This document shows, in pieces, positions 25,855 to 28,942 of a stretch of 28,942 nt of DNA (positions are counted from its first letter, which is position 1; each line of letters starts with the position of its first letter). Origin of the DNA: an uncultured Gemmatimonadales bacterium (GTDB lineage: Bacteria > Gemmatimonadota > Gemmatimonadetes > Gemmatimonadales > GWC2-71-9); NCBI GenBank assembly GCA_963825055.1, contig CAWGSK010000029.1:1-28942 (forward strand), written 5' to 3'. The notes beneath the pieces were generated by a model, which had not been told where the DNA came from, made no database searches, and saw only the letters and a program-made list of their open reading frames with translations. The position numbers and the translations under genes were made by a program.

Positions 25855-28356
25855 TTACCCCCTGGTGCCCACCAGGGTCTGGTAGCGCGGATCCTTCCGG
25901 AGGCTGTCGAAGTACCATGACTGGTCATCCGCCAGCAGCTCCCTGACGCGGGGATTGGAGGCGATGTAGATGCTGAGTTGCCGGAAGGCTTCGTCCCGGT
26001 CGCCGATCATCGCCCGTACGATGGACTCGTAGAGGGCGAGATCGCGGGTGGGATCGACCTCAGCTGTGGCCCTGGAGCGCAGGGCGGCGGCGCGAGCGCT
26101 GTCCGCCATGCCGGCACGGGCGAACCCCATGGCCAGGAACATTCCGCCCAGGTGCCGGGCCATCTCCTGCTGGGACGGCGGCGTCAGGGCTACATACCGA
26201 TCGAGCATCTGTCGCGCACCCGGGATGTCGGCCGGGCTGGCCTTCAGGGCCAGTACCTGGATTCTGCAGCCGGTAAACCTGGGGTTCTCGGGGAACCGCT
26301 GCCCCCCCACCTCGCACCAGTGGCGGGCCTGGCCGGCGTCGTTCAGGTCGAACGAGGCCTGGAAGAGCCGCCAGAGCACCTGGTCGGCATTGCTCAGGTA
26401 CGGGTCCGCCTCGTAGGCCCGCTGGGCCATCACTTTGCCCTCGGCGTTCTTCGACTGCCCGAGGAGCAGGTGGCTGAGGGTGCTCAGGGCCTGGGCCTGG
26501 TTCGGGTTCGCCGTGATGGCGGCGCGCAGGTCCGCCTCGGCATCCAGATGCAGCTGGCGCGCGGCCCGCGTGTCGGGCTCCAGGTTGAGGAGCCAGCGCC
26601 AGTACCGGAGCGTCCCGCGCGCCTCCAGCGCATCGGGATCGTCCCGGTCGATCGCGAGCGCATGATTCGCGTATTCGGTGCCGCGGCCGATCCAGGTATC
26701 GACCATGTCCGGGTTCCGGCCCAGCGCAATGCGCGAGCGTCGATAGGCGAGCCAGGCCCGGTGCACCGCCGGGGCGGACCACCGGGAGTCGCGTTCACCC
26801 GCCGCGGCCATCATCGAATCCGCGCGGTCGAAGGCGGCCGCCGCAGCCGCTGCATCGCCCGAGGCCAGGAGCGTATCGGCGTCCCGCGACTCGGCGTCGG
26901 CCCGCTGCAGCGTCTCCCAGGCTTCGGCGCTTCGGGTCCGGGTCCGGCGTTCCCGCAGGTCGACCTCGGGGCCGAGGCGCTTGCGCAGGAAGACGGAGAG
27001 CTGCCCGGAAAGGCTGTCCTGCAGGGCCGCGATGTCGCGGCGCGGCTGTTCCAGCCTGGTATGGGAAATCTCCTTTCCCGTGCCGGCGTTGATGAGGGAG
27101 ACGTCGAGCGTGATCGTCGAGTCCGTGCCGTTCACCGTCCCGGACACCAGCGTACCCACGTCGAGGGCGCGGGCGATGCTGTCCGGGCTGACCCTGGTGC
27201 CCTGGTAGGGGCGGACCCCGTTGGCGGAGATGACGTGCAGCGCCGGCACGTCGCTCAACTCGTGGATGAGCGCTTCGGTGAAACCCTCGGCCACGTGCTG
27301 CAGGTCACCGCCGGTTTTGTCCTCGAAGTAAAGCACCGCGATGTTGTTCGGGTCGCGCCCGGACGGGGCGTTGCCTCCCCCACCGCCGAGCGCATGCATC
27401 ACGTACCAGGCGGCGGCCGCCGCCGGGATCAGCAGCAGGCCCAGCCAGGCCCGCCGGAAGCGGGACGGGCGCCGCCGCGCCCGCATGCCGGTCGTCGCGC
27501 GCGGGTGGGCGCCGGTCGTGGCTTCCAGCGGTACCGAAAGGGCCGTTGCGAGCTGCTTGGCGGTCTGGTACCGGTCGGCCGGCACCTTGGCGAGCGCCCG
27601 GTAGACGATGTCTTCCAGTTCGGGAGGGATGGTGTTCCGGACGATGCTGAGGCTCGGCACGGCTTCCATCGAGTGCCTGGCCAGGATCGCCATCGGGTTG
27701 GGGCCCAGGAACGGTGGCTGGCCGCAGAGCATCTCGTAGATGACGCAGCCCAGGCTGTAGATGTCGCTCCGGCCGTCCACGGATTCGTCGCCCATCGCCT
27801 GCTCGGGACTCATGTACGTGGGCGTCCCGATGCTCATCCCCGTCTGGGTCAGCTTTTCCTCGCCGGCCGCGCTCACGGCGCGGGCGATACCGAAGTCGGC
27901 CACCACGGCGTGCCCGCCGGAGATCAGGATGTTCTCGGGCTTGATGTCCCGGTGGACCACGCCGTGGCTGTGCGCAAAGGCGAGCGCGTCGGCCACCTCG
28001 CGCGCGAGGATGACCGCGTCGTGGATCGGGAGTTGCTGCTCGCGGTCGAGCCGGTCACGGAGCGACTCGCCTTCCACGAACGGCATGACGTAGTAGAGCA
28101 GGCCGTCCGCGTCGCCCGAGTCGTACACCGCGAGGATGTGGGGATGCTGGAGCCCTGCGGCGAGCCGGATCTCGCGGAGGAACCGGTCGGGCCCGAGCGC
28201 GGAGGCCAGTTCCGGCTTCAGGACCTTGATCGCCACCTGGCGCCCGTGCCGCTCGTCGGTGGCGAGATAGACCGTGGCCATTCCTCCCTGCCCAAGCTCG
28301 CGCTCGACAGCGTAACGCCCCGCCAGGGCGCTCTGGAGTTGGGTGAGAATGTCCAT
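25855..28356 (-). CDS. Hanks-type Ser/Thr protein kinase with TM helix and TolB-N-like/TPR region
   Basis: Start MDILTQL. Motifs GQGGMATV, VAIK, HRDIKPEN, DFG, GTPTYMSPE. TM helix WLGLLLIPAAAAAWYV, then NIAVLYFE and TPR-like helices. Confidence 0.93.
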   Translation of the reverse strand: MDILTQLQSALAGRYAVERELGQGGMATVYLATDERHGRQVAIKVLKPELASALGPDRFLREIRLAAGLQHPHILAVYDSGDADGLLYYVMPFVEGESLRDRLDREQQLPIHDAVILAREVADALAFAHSHGVVHRDIKPENILISGGHAVVADFGIARAVSAAGEEKLTQTGMSIGTPTYMSPEQAMGDESVDGRSDIYSLGCVIYEMLCGQPPFLGPNPMAILARHSMEAVPSLSIVRNTIPPELEDIVYRALAKVPADRYQTAKQLATALSVPLEATTGAHPRATTGMRARRRPSRFRRAWLGLLLIPAAAAAWYVMHALGGGGGNAPSGRDPNNIAVLYFEDKTGGDLQHVAEGFTEALIHELSDVPALHVISANGVRPYQGTRVSPDSIARALDVGTLVSGTVNGTDSTITLDVSLINAGTGKEISHTRLEQPRRDIAALQDSLSGQLSVFLRKRLGPEVDLRERRTRTRSAEAWETLQRADAESRDADTLLASGDAAAAAAAFDRADSMMAAAGERDSRWSAPAVHRAWLAYRRSRIALGRNPDMVDTWIGRGTEYANHALAIDRDDPDALEARGTLRYWRWLLNLEPDTRAARQLHLDAEADLRAAITANPNQAQALSTLSHLLLGQSKNAEGKVMAQRAYEADPYLSNADQVLWRLFQASFDLNDAGQARHWCEVGGQRFPENPRFTGCRIQVLALKASPADIPGARQMLDRYVALTPPSQQEMARHLGGMFLAMGFARAGMADSARAAALRSRATAEVDPTRDLALYESIVRAMIGDRDEAFRQLSIYIASNPRVRELLADDQSWYFDSLRKDPRYQTLVGTRG

Positions 28357-28472
28357 GGTGACGGTCTGCGGCTCTAATGTAAGGGAGGAGGCTAAGTGGC
28401 GCACCGGGCGGAGTTTCCGTCCCGCGGGGTGCAGCCGCTTGCGGCACCCGGCCCGCTTCCCCATGATACACC

Positions 28473-28942
28473 ATGCCCGGACCGGGCCACACTGCTCCGC
28501 ATGACGACCTCGACGCCTTCCGCGCCGAACTGGCCGGCCAGTACCGCCTGGAGCGGGAAATTGGCCGCGGAGGGATGGCTACGGTCTGGCTCGCGCGTGA
28601 CCTGAAGCATGACAGACCGGTCGCCATCAAGGTTCTCCGGCACGACCTGGCCATCCTCCTCGGCCGGGAGCGATTTCTCCGCGAGATCGCCTTCGCGGCC
28701 CGGCTGAACCATCACAACATCCTCCCGCTGCACGACTCCGGCGAGGCGGGGGGACATATCTACTACGTCATGCCGTGGGTCGAGCATGGCACGCTGAGCG
28801 ACCGGATGCGCCGCGAACCACCGCCGTCGGTGGCCGAGGCGATCACGCTAGCGCGGCAGGTGGCGGAAGGCCTCGCGCATGCGCACGAGGTCGGGGTCAT
28901 TCACCGCGACATCAAGCCCGGAAACATCCTGCTGGCCAGCGG
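28473..28942 (+). CDS. Ser/Thr protein kinase, N-terminal part (truncated by window end; absent from ORF track)
   Basis: Manual translation gives MPGPGH...YRLEREIGRGGMATVWLARD...VAIKVL...RFLREI...YYVMPW...IHRDIKPGNILL. Confidence 0.9.
   Translation, partial: MPGPGHTAPHDDLDAFRAELAGQYRLEREIGRGGMATVWLARDLKHDRPVAIKVLRHDLAILLGRERFLREIAFAARLNHHNILPLHDSGEAGGHIYYVMPWVEHGTLSDRMRREPPPSVAEAITLARQVAEGLAHAHEVGVIHRDIKPGNILLAS

Noticed and set aside
25978..28377. 799-aa plus-strand ORF
   Set aside because: It is the antisense shadow of the kinase gene.

Overview
This is a GC-rich bacterial window. The lipoprotein, BTAD-TPR and kinase-TPR gene content resembles Gemmatimonadota (inference). About 28 CDS can be supported. 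The centre (11.8-20.2 kb) holds a complete eukaryote-like tryptophan kynurenine/3-hydroxyanthranilate catabolic cluster in two convergent operons: nbaC-ACMSD-kynU-kmo-kynA-kynB on minus, and SDR-ALDH-RidA on plus. The SDR lacks the catalytic Tyr and is a candidate for the unassigned reductive step toward 2-oxoadipate. The flanks carry many predicted lipoproteins: two paralogous Cys-rich proteins around an amidohydrolase, a vanadium haloperoxidase/PAP2 protein, an OmpA-C protein, a HExxH protein and an S8-PKD protease. They also carry a membrane-spanning BTAD regulator, a DJ-1/AKR pair and two divergent Ser/Thr kinases. The main non-coding signal is a set of 7-bp tandem arrays with different units, placed at six gene 3' ends. 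Several form two-armed cassettes with a shared GCAGGA core and may be empty four-helix-bundle-type elements. No rRNA, tRNA, CRISPR array or transposase was seen. All calls come from reading motifs by eye; no searches were run.
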